This document shows, one piece after another, positions 1 to 13,639 of a DNA stretch of 64,000 nt (position 1 is its first letter; every line of letters begins with the position of its first letter). The translations under genes and the position numbers were made by a program. This stretch comes from Octopus bimaculoides (taxonomy: Eukaryota): assembly GCF_001194135.2 (NCBI RefSeq), contig NC_068991.1, positions 27,065,584 to 27,129,583 of the forward strand, written 5' to 3'. Under the pieces are notes generated by a model. It did no database searches. It was not told the DNA's origin and saw nothing but the letters and a program-made list of their open reading frames with translations.

Positions 1-58
<58 letters not shown>
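1..58. repeat. (AAT)n microsatellite, truncated by the window edge
   Basis: Perfect ATA/AAT triplet run read directly. Confidence 0.98.
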
Positions 59-61
<3 letters not shown>

Positions 62-204
62 AATTGCTCGGGTGCACCATAACTAAAAACAACTAAAACA
101 AAAAGCAACAGATGTACTGTTGGCGAATTTGAAGAAGTATGCAAATTTTGAAGGATGTAGTGTCTCCACAGCTAACAACTGAAACGCGTAGTTCACACCA
201 TGCT

Positions 205-535
205 TCAGCAATTCTGAGCGTGAAGGTCATGGGTGCTGAGTTCTAAGCGAGTTTTTGTCATATGGAATTCAAAAAGGTGTCCAAGTTTCTTGTTGGAAAG
301 ATGGTAGATAATCTTGTGGGTGTCTACCAAGTCAATTGCCAGACGTCTAAGATTTAATGTGTCCATGCCCAGGGAAGCGAGACGTTCTGAGTGTGGCAGA
401 TGCCTGACAGCGGGAATTAGTTTTGTTCCACGTTTCTGAGCAGTTTCCAAGAGATTGATATCCTGAGCAAGATAGGGGTTCCATACTGGTGATGCAAACT
501 CTATGTATTAACGTACCATACTCATACATCTAAGT
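205..535 (-). mobile_element. CR1/L2-like LINE, decayed RT C-terminal fragment
   Basis: Minus strand reads EFASPVWNPYLAQDINLLETAQKRGTKLIPAVRHLPHSERLASLGMDTLNLRRLAIDLVDTHKII, matching the CR1-type motif EYASPVWSPY..D...LERVQRRATK....L.Y.ERL..L.L.SL..RR...DL...YK. Confidence 0.8.
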
Positions 536-2115
536 GAGGACATATCATAATCGAAAACAGATTAAACAATAACTACGACAATTCCGTAACACCCGGTGCT
601 TATCCTATAAATTTCAACTAAAATTTGTCCGTCGTAGCACTTTTAAAAATCACCAGCATGGAAACAACTTCAAAAAAATCATCCAACATGGAAACAAGCA
701 ATGGGATCTAACTATGTTTGCTTTAAATATTTACAAGAGAAAATATAACGCCACCGAAAGTAGAAATAATTCGACAAAGTAATCCAACATATAAAAAAGA
801 AGGAAGGCAAATACATTGGAAAACGCTAAAAGCAAGATTCTTGGCATTGCAATATAACTTTGATGAGAACTGTGTCCGGAAAGGAAAGAAATGTTACAAA
901 AAGTGTTAATAATTGTTTCTAATTGAGATTATTAGGATAGGTTTTCAGTGAAAATATTTCGTGATGTATCCATAAAAATAACTCATAGTCATTTATTTTC
1001 AGTAAATTGACGTTATAGAAATACGATGTTACTTTTAATTGAAGAATTTGTGATACAATTATTCAGTTATAATTATGAATTATTTTCAGAATTCCAAAAA
1101 AGAAAGGAGGAATTTTAGCAGATTAGAGCATATCATTTTCATGCTGTTTTCAAGGGAACATAGAATCATCCATCTAACTATGATTAAATGGGACATGTAA
1201 TATTGATGTTTTGTAACATATAAGTCTTATATGACTTTTATTTACTTAAACGCCACGCATTATTGAAAGACAGTGTCATTTCGGGTTGTAACTGACGTTA
1301 GCTTTTGAACTGACGAATCTAAACACGATCTTCTCGGTATATACTCTCCTTGCTAAAACGAATTTATAGTTGTTCTTATTCCGTAAGAAGATCAATTCAC
1401 CAGCTGAAATCTTTGAAACACAAGTGAAGGTACTATTAATTGTGAAATTAATCAATGCTTTTGGTTGTTGGATGTGTAGATTTCATTAAAGGAGTATTGA
1501 AATATAACATATGATACAACAAGCCAATGTATGTAGCATATGTACCTTGAAAAAGGTCATGAGGAAATAACTGAAATTTAAAAAAAAGATACGTTTTAAG
1601 CTAACCAATGTGTCTTGTAAAACTCGTCTTTCTTTTCCCCTCTCCTTGCTGGGGATAAAACTAAAGTAAAGCTGGCACATTTCTCTGTAGATTAACTGAC
1701 CTAAACGTTGCTAGACGCTAATTTTTCAAAATTTCGTCTGTTAGTTAAACTGTTAGAGTTTATTTAATAAAAGGCAAATGTCAAAATCGGGCAAAATGGT
1801 AAAATGCAACGGTCACTTTTGTAAGGAAACTCTGTACATAAAAGGATGATTTCTTGGTAAATTTTTAAATCAGTAGGTAAAAACAAAATTATCAATTTCA
1901 CCCAATAAATGTGAAACAAATTTTTGGTTGCAGACATGTGATATGAAACGTTGATAAATGAATGTAAGAATATACGCTATTAGCAACGGAAGCCGTATCA
2001 GTTCAGCATAGGACTTTATACATCTTACTAGCATTAATGGAAATAAAATGTAAGAAAGCCACAATATTGCAAAAGCATCTTGGATAGATGTACAGTGCTA
2101 AAACACAGAGAAAGG

Positions 2116-2654
2116 CAGACGAAAAGCGCCCAGCAGTGGTGGTGTAAGTGCTAGATCCGGGAATTCTGCGCATTTGCAAATCATCGGGTGAAAGTATCCA
2201 CTACCAACCACATGCTTATACAAATTTCACTTTTCCTGTTAGTGGCTTTCCTGCACTATATCCACGTTTAAACGGCTATTTTGAACGGATTCCGTCGCTA
2301 ATAACAAAATTTTCTGATCATGCGATTGATAATTCATGTTTCTTACCAATGACTCGCAAATGACCAGAAATCGGAGATCAGGATTTTCTACAGCAGTTCC
2401 TGGATATGTTTCGCCTCCTATTTATATTCCTTTATACTTCCATGCACGATTCTTTCTCAAAATGAAAACCGCTGAATTATCTGCATTAAGTAAGATATAC
2501 AGAATAGTATTGTTTTGTTTTTTTTTCAGATCAGTGTTAGTGAAATTTGTCTATGTATGAGGACGATAGTGGGTACTGGCCACTGATGGCGTACGAATAC
2601 GCAGAAATCCCGGATCTAGCATTTCCACTAGCAGTGCTGGATGCTCTTCATCTG
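2116..2654. mobile_element. MITE-like element with about 110 bp diverged terminal inverted repeats
   Basis: Left end CAGACGAAAAGCGCCCAGCA..TGCTAGATCCGGGAATTCTGCG..ACAAATTTCACT aligns with the reverse complement of the right end CAGATGAAGAGCATCCAGCA..TGCTAGATCCGGGATTTCTGCG..ACAAATTTCACT; no coding capacity. Confidence 0.7.
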
Positions 2655-3004
2655 TTAATGATACTTCCCTCCTTGTTACCGTTATATTCCTATTAGACAT
2701 GCTTCCTGAGATGAAAACAGCATTAGTTTGCCTTTCTTAGAGTACATGCACGATAAGTAAAGTATTCAGATATTGTATGTACGAAAACAGTTCTTCATTC
2801 TTGTGTATCTGCTAATATACACTGTGGTTAATATATCATCCTATCGAATGGTGAAGAATTTTTGATTTAAGTTCGTATGCATCACCCAGTATATTTAACC
2901 TAGGTGTGTTATCATACTCTCCACTGGATATTCTGGTGAGGAGGCTTACCGCATGATGTGCTCGGACTTGCATTCATGCATTCACCTGGATTTCTTCAAT
3001 AAGG

Positions 3005-3225
3005 GTAAAATGGCAAAGACCCCCTTCAGTCACGAGTGCCCAACGGATTTCACTTAGAAGGTTCCCGCCAAGGCACACGTCCAGGCACGGGTTCTTATGG
3101 AAGACCAGCAGTAATCCATGCATACTAGCCTCTCCCATCGACGTCTCTGAGGTTATCCAAGGGAAAGGCAAACGCCGATAGAGCTTGAAACCAGTGATGT
3201 CGCAACTAGTTTTACAGCTGAGTGA
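3005..3225 (+). mobile_element. Interspersed repeat fragment, SINE-body-like
   Basis: GC-richer island (AAAGACCCCCTTC..GGAAGACCAGCAG..GTTATCCAAGGGAAAGGCAAA..CAGCTGAGTGAA) that I recognise as resembling a common Octopus repeat; single copy in this window, unverified. Confidence 0.4.
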
Positions 3226-3414
3226 ATTCTTCAATAGCAATGTGCGCACGCACACACGCACATACACACACACACATGCATGCACATAGATTCAGAATAA
3301 CGAAGAACATTTTCTTTCCAATTTAAGTTCAGATATTTTCAAGAAACGCATATATTAAACGCATAAATGTTCTTCACAAAATCATTCATGATCACTTCGT
3401 CCTCTTTTTTAGTC

Positions 3415-3468
<54 letters not shown>

Positions 3469-3770
3469 NNNNNNNNNNNNNNNNNNNNNNNNNNNNNNNN
3501 NNNNNNNNNNNNNNNNNNNNNNNNNNNNNNNNNNNNNNNNNNNNNNNNNNNNNNNNNNNNNNNNNNNNNNNNNNNNNNNNNNNNNNNNNNNNNNNNNNNN
3601 NNNNNNNNNNNNNNNNNNNNNNNNNNNNNNNNNNNNNNNNNNNNNNNNNNNNNNNNNNNNNNNNNNNNNNNNNNNNNNNNNNNNNNNNNNNNNNNNNNNN
3701 NNNNNNNNNNNNNNNNNNNNNNNNNNNNNNNNNNNNNNNNNNNNNNNNNNNNNNNNNNNNNNNNNNNNNN

Positions 3771-3831
<61 letters not shown>

Positions 3832-6800
3832 CGTGTGTGTGTGCATATGCGTATGTGAGTGCGTGGGTGTACGTGCATGCGTATGTATTTATCAATTGAT
3901 ATGTTTACATATATATATATATGCATATACATATAAGTTTATCTTAATCTTTTTGAAGCGATTCTATACTGTCATTTTCTCTCTCATCCTTTCTCTAATT
4001 CCCTTTTCTCTCTCCTTCACCGCTTTCTATCTCTCTCTCTCTCTCTCCCTCTTTCTCCTGTTTCCTCTCTCGTTGTTCACACGTGACCATTGTCCATCTT
4101 TCTTTTCTTCACGTGATCATCTTTCTTTTCTTTCAGGACTGCTATAAGGAGTAGATGCATCCTATCGCTCTCTCTTCTATCTTTTCTCTTGTCAGAGAAA
4201 ATATTTCTCCAGCGTTCGCTATTTTACCCTCGTTCTAGTCTAACGATCCTTTATGTTAGTTTTCGTTCGGTTTCCTTCTATGTCTACACCCCCCACCAAT
4301 AAATCCCAAATTTCAATTTGGTACTTATGGCAGGAACTGTCTTCGAAGACTCATATTGTCGTTCAATGCTCTATATCAGGAGTAGATGGACAGCCGACAA
4401 CTGATGAAGAGTCGTTCTTTATGTTACTTGTCATGCTTGCCATATTGAACTCATTTGTATTTCATGTTGCTTACTGTTGGTGACGTTTTTGCGCCATATC
4501 TGCATATATATCTATATATATATATATATATATGTTCTTGTACTTGGGGATGGTCATATTGCCAGTTTTGCCAATAAAAACACACGCACTGTATATTTGG
4601 TGTTAATTTGCTTCAGCTTTATATTACATTGTATTACATTAATCCTATTTCGGCCAGAGTTCTTTCGTCACACTTCTGTGACCTCATCAGTGGTCCTTTT
4701 CTTTCTTCTTTCTTCTGTGTGTCTCACTTTGCTAACTATCAGTCATTCAGCCATTTATATATATAGGTGCAGCATTGGTTGTGTGGTGNNNNNNNNNNNN
4801 NNNNNNNNNNNNNNNNNNNNNNNNNNNNNNNNNNNNNNNNNNNNNNNNNNNNNNNNNNNNNNNNNNNNNNNNNNNNNNNNNNNNNNNNNNNNNNNNNNNN
4901 NNNNNNNNNNNNNNNNNNNNNNNNNNNNNNNNNNNNNNNNNNNNNNNNNNNNNNNNNNNNNNNNNNNNNNNNNNNNNNNNNNNNNNNNNNNNNNNNNNNN
5001 NNNNNNNNNNNNNNNNNNNNNNNNNNNNNNNNNNNNNNNNNNNNNNNNNNNNNNNNNNNNNNNNNNNNNNNNNNNNNNNNNNNNNNNNNNNNNNNNNNNN
5101 NNNNNNNNNNNNNNNNNNNNNNNNNNNNNNNNNNNNNNNNNNNNNNNNNNNNNNNNNNNNNNNNNNNNNNNNNNNNNNNNNNNNNNNNNNNNNNNNNNNN
5201 NNNNNNNNNNNNNNNNNNNNNNNNNNNNNNNNNNNNNNNNNNNNNNNNNNNNNNNNNNNNNNNNNNNNNNNNNNNNNNNNNNNNNNNNNNNNNNNNNNNN
5301 NNNNNNNNNNNNNNNNNNNNNNNNNNNNNNNNNNNNNNNNNNNNNNNNNNNNNNNNNNNNNNNNNNNNNNNNNNNNNNNNNNNNNNNNNNNNNNNNNNNN
5401 NNNNNNNNNNNNNNNNNNNNNNNNNNNNNNNNNNNNNNNNNNNNNNNNNNNNNNNNNNNNNNNNNNNNNNNNNNNNNNNNNNNNNNNNNNNNNNNNNNNN
5501 NNNNNNNNNNNNNNNNNNNNNNNNNNNNNNNNNNNNNNNNNNNNNNNNNNNNNNNNNNNNNNNNNNNNNNNNNNNNNNNNNNNNNNNNNNNNNNNNNNNN
5601 NNNNNNNNNNNNNNNNNNNNNNNNTATATATATATATATATATACATATATGAGTGTGTGTGTGTGTGTATACATGTATGTGTGTGTGCCTGTGTATATA
5701 TACTTATATACACACATAGTTATCGAAACAGGGAAAAGCAAATAATCGATACGTAAGGTAGCAGATAACATGAAATCAAAGACATTATTAAAATGGCCAT
5801 CACGTTCAGTAAATAGGCCAAGTTGTTCTTGAAAATAAACGTAACGTTTGATCAATATGAGGATGGAAGTAAGAAAATCTTTGAATTCTTTGAAAAATAA
5901 ATTATTTTATTTTTTATGTGCTGACACTGTGTTATTATTAAAATCAAGAAAATAAGAGTGTAGAGGAATAAATTCGACCTAGCAAAAAAATATATTGTCT
6001 GTAACATATGTCCAATGTTTCCTAATTTGAATTGTTAAATTCTTAAGTGAATTTATATTGATATATTCTCAAAAAGATATTAATAACTTTCTTGGTGAAC
6101 CTGGTGGTTGGCGTGCATAACAATGATTTAATTAAATCTCATGATATTAATGTAATTTTGCTGTTTTTAATTGTTGGAAATGTTGAAAGTAACGTCGATC
6201 ATGGCATGAGTTCTACATAATATATTAAGGAAACGATAACGTTCTAATGAGAGTCTTTATGTACTGTACAACTCATTTGAAGTTATGTGGGCTCGGCGCT
6301 TTTTATTCATATAGTCGTGACTATCCTTTCGTATGCTTGATTTATTCAAACTAATATCCTCTTATGTTTTAAGGCCAATGCTTTAATAATCACCTCGCTT
6401 CCAAGGACGATCTCTTTAGGGACGATCGTTTTAGAGTTTGGTGGTGTGTCATGTGTATGTATCTCTATGTACAAGTATATGTAAAGGTGTATAGATATTC
6501 GTAGACTTATTTCTGGATTCATAACCATAAATGTACACACGCACACGCTTGCTTACATATTTATGCATGTATGTATATGTNNNNNNNNNNNNNNNNNNNN
6601 NNNNNNNNNNNNNNNNNNNNNNNNNNNNNNNNNNNNNNNNNNNNNNNNNNNNNNNNNNNNNNNNNNNNNNNNNNNNNNNNNNNNNNNNNNNNNNNNNNNN
6701 NNNNNNNNNNNNNNNNNNNNNNNNNNNNNNNNNNNNNNNNNNNNNNNNNNNNNNNNNNNNNNNNNNNNNNNNNNNNNNNNNNNNNNNNNNNNNNNNNNNN

Positions 6801-7223
6801 NNNNNNNNNNNNNNNNNNNNNNNNNNNNNNNNNNNNNNNNNNNNNNNNNNNNNNNNNNNNNNNNNNNNNNNNNNNNNNNNNNNNNNNNNNNNNNNNNNNN
6901 NNNNNNNNNNNNNNNNNNNNNNNNNNNNNNNNNNNNNNNNNNNNNNNNNNNNNNNNNNNNNNNNNNNNNNNNNNNNNNNNNNNNNNNNNNNNNNNNNNNN
7001 NNNNNNNNNNNNNNNNNNNNNNNNNNNNNNNNNNNNNNNNNNNNNNNNNNNNNNNNNNNNNNNNNNNNNNNNNNNNNNNNNNNNNNNNNNNNNNNNNNNN
7101 NNNNNNNNNNNNNNNNNNNNNNNNNNNNNNNNNNNNNNNNNNNNNNNNNNNNNNNNNNNNNNNNNNNNNNNNNNNNNNNNNNNNNNNNNNNNNNNNNNNN
7201 NNNNNNNNNNNNNNNNNNNNNNN

Positions 7224-7287
<64 letters not shown>

Positions 7288-7566
7288 GCAGATTTTTGGG
7301 TAGTGATATTTCCTTTACGTTATATTTCCTAACTGGAATTAGGTAAATGGAACTTGTTAAATATATTGTACTGGCATTTCAAACAGTACCCCCTTCTCTT
7401 GCACACTTTCATAATTAAGTCTACCTGACATTATGTTGATGATACGCCTGTCAGTGGACTGCTCAGTAAGTTGTAATGGTACTTCGTGTCATAGTAATTG
7501 CATTAATCAGTCACGCGAAATTTCATCGTTGCCAAACACACGGACACACGCACATGCACGCTCACA

Positions 7567-7607
<41 letters not shown>

Positions 7608-7989
7608 ATACACACATGCATATATATACGTCTGCGTTTGATGTGAATGAATGTCGTCTCGTTTGTATGTGCATGTACGTATGTGAACAAAAATGTGTGT
7701 GTGTGTAGAATGTTGAAAATGAACACACGAGTTTATATGTATGGAAAAAACGTAAAGGTAGAAACTGCTACAATAATTTTATAAAAAACATTTCAGTACC
7801 AGTTTCAGTCATTGAGACTTTATCAACTGTAAGTATAGAAAACAATTAAATTTTGGAAAATTAAAAGAAGTTTTTTTTAAAAGACTATTTGCATAGTGTT
7901 CCAATACAAGTGGCATTTTCCTTGTTACTGCTTGTTTCTGTGTCTTGTTTACTCTTGTGAATTCGAAGCTGTTTTGAATTCTTGGTAGG

Positions 7990-8103
7990 GAAGAAGAAGA
8001 AGAAGAAGAAGAAGAAGAAGAAGAAGAAGAAGAAGAAGAAGAAGAAGAAGAAGAAGAAGAAGAAGAAGAAGAAGAAGAAGAAGAAGAAGAAGAAGAAGAA
8101 GAA
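7990..8103. repeat. (GAA)n microsatellite
   Basis: About 38 perfect GAA units. Confidence 0.98.
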
Positions 8104-9847
8104 ACCGGGAAACTGGAACCATGAGCCTGGCTAGGCTTTCAAAGGTCGCATAAATAAATAATGTTATATCCAGATACATATGGTATATTTTCTATGAATA
8201 TAAATATATATCCTCTATTTTATATATTGTAGCAAACTCGTGTCTTCAAAGTTGCAGACAATTTTAGCAAGGATAGACAGTGTTGCATCAAGACAATGAG
8301 GAAAGCCAATGATAAATAACAGTAATCTAATAAACGTAGATATATATTTGTGAAATTGATAACCATAAAGCATTTCAGTTCCCTTTTGGTGAAAATACCG
8401 GCTACTTCAGAACAACTTTTCTCACTCTAGTATTCTAGCATTTGTCGTTTCTTACTGACATTCTCTCCCACCCCGTCTTTTGTTTATTTTGCCTCTAGAA
8501 GCGTGGTCGACGTGAAACACATTGCGTTTTATTACATGGGGTGGGGGTCCGTGTGCGTGTGTGTCTGTGCATGCGTGTGTGTGAGTGTTCATGTTTGTGT
8601 ATGCGTGTGTATGTGTGTGTGTGTGTGTAATTGTTTGTATATGTGTGTATATATAAATGTTTGTATGCATTTATACACATACATATAACACCTCCTGTAT
8701 TTGTGTGCGTCCGATGTGTGTCTGTGGGTGTGCACGTCTGTTAAAATCTGTATCTTTACATTTCTTCTATGCTAGTAAGAATCACTGTACGAATTGTATG
8801 TAATGTTTTACATGCTCTATTTATTCAGATACAATCGCAATACAACAGAAATGTACCAGTAATATAATCGAGTTGTATAAATCAAGAGTAACTCGTAACT
8901 ACTTGCGAGTTGCAAAAACAGCCAGCGTCTTGTTTAAGAATTAGATCAATATTGTTCAGGTTCCGATATTTTGTTTTGATAGATTTATGATATACCGAGA
9001 GAGATTTATTCCCTGCCAGCAGCGATTAACTATGGTTCGCTGATTGCTTGCTAGAGGAATAATTCTCAGCATCAATCAATGACATTTGCGTTACTAAGTA
9101 CACTGATTTCATTCTATATCTGACGAAATATTAGGAATGGAAATATAGTATTCATGTATTTGCTGTAATGCTACTGTTGTTTTGCTGTCGTTGATTTGTC
9201 AGTTTCGGGACTCGGCTGTCTCATTTTGCTAAATACTTACATTGTTTCACCAACCTCCTTCATGAACGATTAACCTTCCTTTGTAGTATTATATAGTTAT
9301 ATATGCGTAGGTTATTCTGTATAAGCGTGAAAGGTATTGCAATTGTTCAGTAAGTTGATTGATTTACAATAGAAGCAATAAAATGGCCGCCCTTGAGTAT
9401 GAAAGCCATTTATTCAAATGAATAGACATATACCTCTAAGTCTTTTCCGTGGTCCGTCTGACAGTCCCTTTCATGAGGTGTTATCATCTTTCGAGTCTTC
9501 TTTGTTCGCATGTATGTTATGTACTTATTGCACTCACCTCTGCCAACCATTGTGTGTATGCCTGTCTTCTTGTTTGTCTATCATTCATTCTATCGTATTT
9601 TGCCTATATTAACTACCAAATTTTCTATTTACGCTTTCTAGAATCTATTTATATTCATACACATGTATTTGGCTACTGGACTCAAAGGTGTTGAAATACT
9701 AAATTATTATTTGTTCGTTCAAATGTTACTGCATTATTTCGCTATGTTCTCCATACAGCAAAGTAGACTTCATGACTGACATAAATAAATAGTTGCTTTC
9801 GTTTTAATGTAAATTGTATGTACTATCCCGATATTGCGCTGTTGCTT

Positions 9848-10012
9848 AGGCGGTGGATTGATAGAATTGATACAGAGTCGGAATAAATTATCTGCAGGAT
9901 TTCTTTACATTCTGAGTTCGAAGATTGTCGTGGTCAAGGTTACTTTAATATTACTTCTGGGTCGATGAAGGGGTATAGCAGCTAGGCACTGGGGTAGATA
10001 GTATCGACTAAT
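9848..10012 (+). mobile_element. SINE family A, diverged copy
   Basis: GGCGGTGGATTGATAGAATTG..TTCTGAGTTCGAAG..GGGTCGATGAA..CACTGGGGTAGAT..TCGACTAA is colinear with the family A copies at 25212 and 52496. Confidence 0.55.
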
Positions 10013-11246
10013 CTTCACATTTATTGTTTGCATTGTTGTATTGCCTTGTTTTGTTGTATTGGTTGCATTGTGCCACAGTTAACATGTCACGATTTCATGC
10101 CATCTATTACATGCGTGCATATTATTTATAATATGTAGTTATTTAATTATTTATGCCTAATTGAGAATATAATTTTTCACAGCTAGTGCTATATTTACTT
10201 TTATTAGCTATGATGGTACAGACAGTATATTCAACATATGATGCACTTGATAATAATTCAACGACCGACAAATAAAGATAGCATTTCAAACACGGGGAGG
10301 ACAGAAAAAATCTACTTTTGATTTCTTATACTCTAAAACATAGGGAATATTAGGTTGTTAATAAAATATAGATTTTTAAAACATAAAAAAATCAACATTG
10401 AGTGAATTTCCACCATATGTATTTTCGATAAATGGAAATTATCATGTAGGTTTGAAGACCCTGTGCATTATTATTCTGTATTGGGCCCATGGTGGGTGCT
10501 AAAATTCTCGCAAGCCCGACGGAATGCAACCCAAATCAAAAGTACACCCTATGTGATACTAAGATACTAGATGCTATCTAAGATACGACACAGTGAATGA
10601 ATAAAAAGAGATACGGTCCTGACTGGACTCTCTTTGTCCAGTGTAAAAAGTCTGACATCGAGATAAGCAAGGAAAACTGTAGTGCAACTAGAACTGCACA
10701 AAGATAAGAAAAAACACTGTCAATATTTATAGCAAGAACCATTTCATATATGAGTCGTAATATCAAACCCTACAAAATTTATAGACAGAAAGGTGTGTAA
10801 CAGAAGAAAATATTGAATTTCATTTTTGGTCATTCCGAAAAGTTGTTCTCACGAATTATGAATGAAAAGGATTACTTCAAGAACATTTTTGAATATTTGC
10901 ATTAGTCGAGCAAAGATTAATAATTTAGAAGGTATTTGTCCAATTCTTTTATTCTCATTACACCAATACATACGTGTAGACAAAACTTCTAACAAAATAC
11001 TGAAAGGTGTAAGTTTTGTCGAATACTTCACAATGTTTCCCATTCTCCTGCTATAAAACATCCTTAATGAATAAAAATGGTTATTACATCGAATATTAAA
11101 ACAACAGAAATCATTGATAAATTAAGGAGAATTTATGTTTTCAAAAATAAAGAACACGTTATTTGATGGTCGTAATAGGGATGAGAAAAAAGATGATACG
11201 AACTTTGTAAGCAGGAGTATTGATATATATATATATATATATTTAC

Positions 11247-11463
11247 ATATAACGTTGACCCCCTAAAGTGGACATTTAATGTGCTAGAAATAGACCACAT
11301 CTTGTGTCTACTAAGACCTAAATTGTTCTGAAAATGAAATTCAGCGGAATACCAATTCCGCTGAATTTCGTTTTGAGAACAATTTAGGTCTTAGTAGACA
11401 CAAGATGTGGTCTGGTCTATTTCTAGCACATTAAATGTCCACTTTTGTGGTCAACGTTATATA
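11247..11463. repeat. Near-perfect 217-bp palindrome (foldback element) next to (TA)n
   Basis: Arms 11247-11350 and 11355-11463 with loop ACCA; they differ by one 5-bp duplication and a few substitutions. Confidence 0.92.
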
Positions 11464-13639
11464 TAAAAATATACTTTAATCCCCTAAGATCTCAGATATT
11501 TTTTCTGAATCTCTCTGATTCTTTAAAGTGCTATCTTCCTGGTAATAAGTCGATATTAATTAATATATGATTTTTTACCCTGTTTTATATATNNNNNNNN
11601 NNNNNNNNNNNNNNNNNNNNNNNNNNNNNNNNNNNNNNNNNNNNNNNNNNNNNNNNNNNNNNNNNNNNNNNNNNNNNNNNNNNNNNNNNNNNNNNNNNNN
11701 NNNNNNNNNNNNNNNNNNNNNNNNNNNNNNNNNNNNNNNNNNNNNNNNNNNNNNNNNNNNNNNNNNNNNNNNNNNNNNNNNNNNNNNNNNNNNNNNNNNN
11801 NNNNNNNNNNNNNNNNNNNNNNNNNNNNNNNNNNNNNNNNNNNNNNNNNNNNNNNNNNNNNNNNNNNNNNNNNNNNNNNNNNNNNNNNNNNNNNNNNNNN
11901 NNNNNNNNNNNNNNNNNNNNNNNNNNNNNNNNNNNNNNNNNNNNNNNNNNNNNNNNNNNNNNNNNNNNNNNNNNNNNNNNNNNNNNNNNNNNNNNNNNNN
12001 NNNNNNNNNNNNNNNNNNNNNNNNNNNNNNNNNNNNNNNNNNNNNNNNNNNNNNNNNNNNNNNNNNNNNNNNNNNNNNNNNNNNNNNNNNNNNNNNNNNN
12101 NNNNNNNNNNNNNNNNNNNNNNNNNNNNNNNNNNNNNNNNNNNNNNNNNNNNNNNNNNNNNNNNNNNNNNNNNNNNNNNNNNNNNNNNNNNNNNNNNNNN
12201 NNNNNNNNNNNNNNNNNNNNNNNNNNNNNNNNNNNNNNNNNNNNNNNNNNNNNNNNNNNNNNNNNNNNNNNNNNNNNNNNNNNNNNNNNNNNNNNNNNNN
12301 NNNNNNNNNNNNNNNNNNNNNNNNNNNNNNNNNNNNNNNNNNNNNNNNNNNNNNNNNNNNNNNNNNNNNNNNNNNNNNNNNNNNNNNNNNNNNNNNNNNN
12401 NNNNNNNNNNNNNNNNNNNNNNNNNNNNNNNNNNNNNNNNNNNNNNNNNNNNNNNNNNNNNNNNNNNNNNNNNNNNNNNNNNNNNNNNNNNNNNNNNNNN
12501 NNNNNNNNNNNGTGGTGGTGGTGGTGGTGATATCGACGATCTTGATGATCAACTTAATAAATTTCAACGACACACAATTCTAACACTTGATTAAAATGAG
12601 AAATGTAAAAAAAAAAAAAAAAAGCGTTTCGCTGATATGGACATCGTGAGAAGCAACAAGTGTAGTTATTTGTTTATTTGTTTATTTTATGTCTCGGTTA
12701 ATGTCTGGCTGATAAAAATGTCTTTACGTGTTCGGAAATACTATTTTTGTTCTTCTTTAAATAGATTGATTACTAAGTGTGAAAAGTCATTCAATCTCAG
12801 ATCATTTGACGAGATTTCAGAAATATATTTATATCACTTATCACATATTCTACAGTCCTAACTTTAAAAAAAAACAAACAAAAAAAAACAGCATAAAAAT
12901 ATGTAATAAGACTCAAAATAAATGGATGGAAATGGAAAGGGAAATAAGTGATATAGATCTAATGACTTACAATAAAATCAATGTTTTTAATTTATATCGA
13001 GACGTCTCGCTTATAATCCTAACACGTCCGTGTCTATTTCGAAAGTACATCCTTAATTCTAGACTTGGGATTTATAGGATGTTGCTATAATTGAAGAGAT
13101 TAGATATCGAAAATAGGAAAAGAACTTAAGCATTTTTTCAATTTACTAGTTATTTTTCTCCATGTTTATGTAGAATACATATTATGTATATGTATGCGTA
13201 TGTGTATACGTATATATGTGTGAGCGTGTATACAGCGAGAGATAGATAGAAATATTCATAGGGGAATGAATAAATAGATGTGTGAGTAAGCGTGTGAGTG
13301 AGCGTCGAATTTTGTAGTATTAAGTATCCATCACGGCTGGTCTTATCAATCGGTTTCGCGCAAAAAAATACAATTGAGTGATAGGTAACAATTCAATTAT
13401 ATAATTACGCTCATCACAGGTTGCCGATATGGAAGGGGATATAGTGACTGTTCTCTATTTTCGAAGGTGGATTAGCACAACCCGTCAGCGGCTGCTGTGA
13501 AAAAAAGTGGTGAAACGAAAAATGGGCCAGAGGATTGGGCTAGGAGTTATGCTCCTTGGTTGGGTAGACTGGAAAGCCGGCAGAGTTATCTTGAAGTGGG
13601 AAAAGTGTGTATTATTAACGTGGCGTCCCTGCGGGCATG

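Noticed and set aside
580-890. Possible GIY-YIG remnant and TTGATGA..GGAAA hammerhead-like string
   Set aside because: No convincing stems, and the protein similarity is too vague.
13457-13488. CTGACGG..TTCGAAAATA downstream of the first Penelope ORF
   Set aside because: Plausible position, but core A9 is missing and stems I and II cannot be formed.
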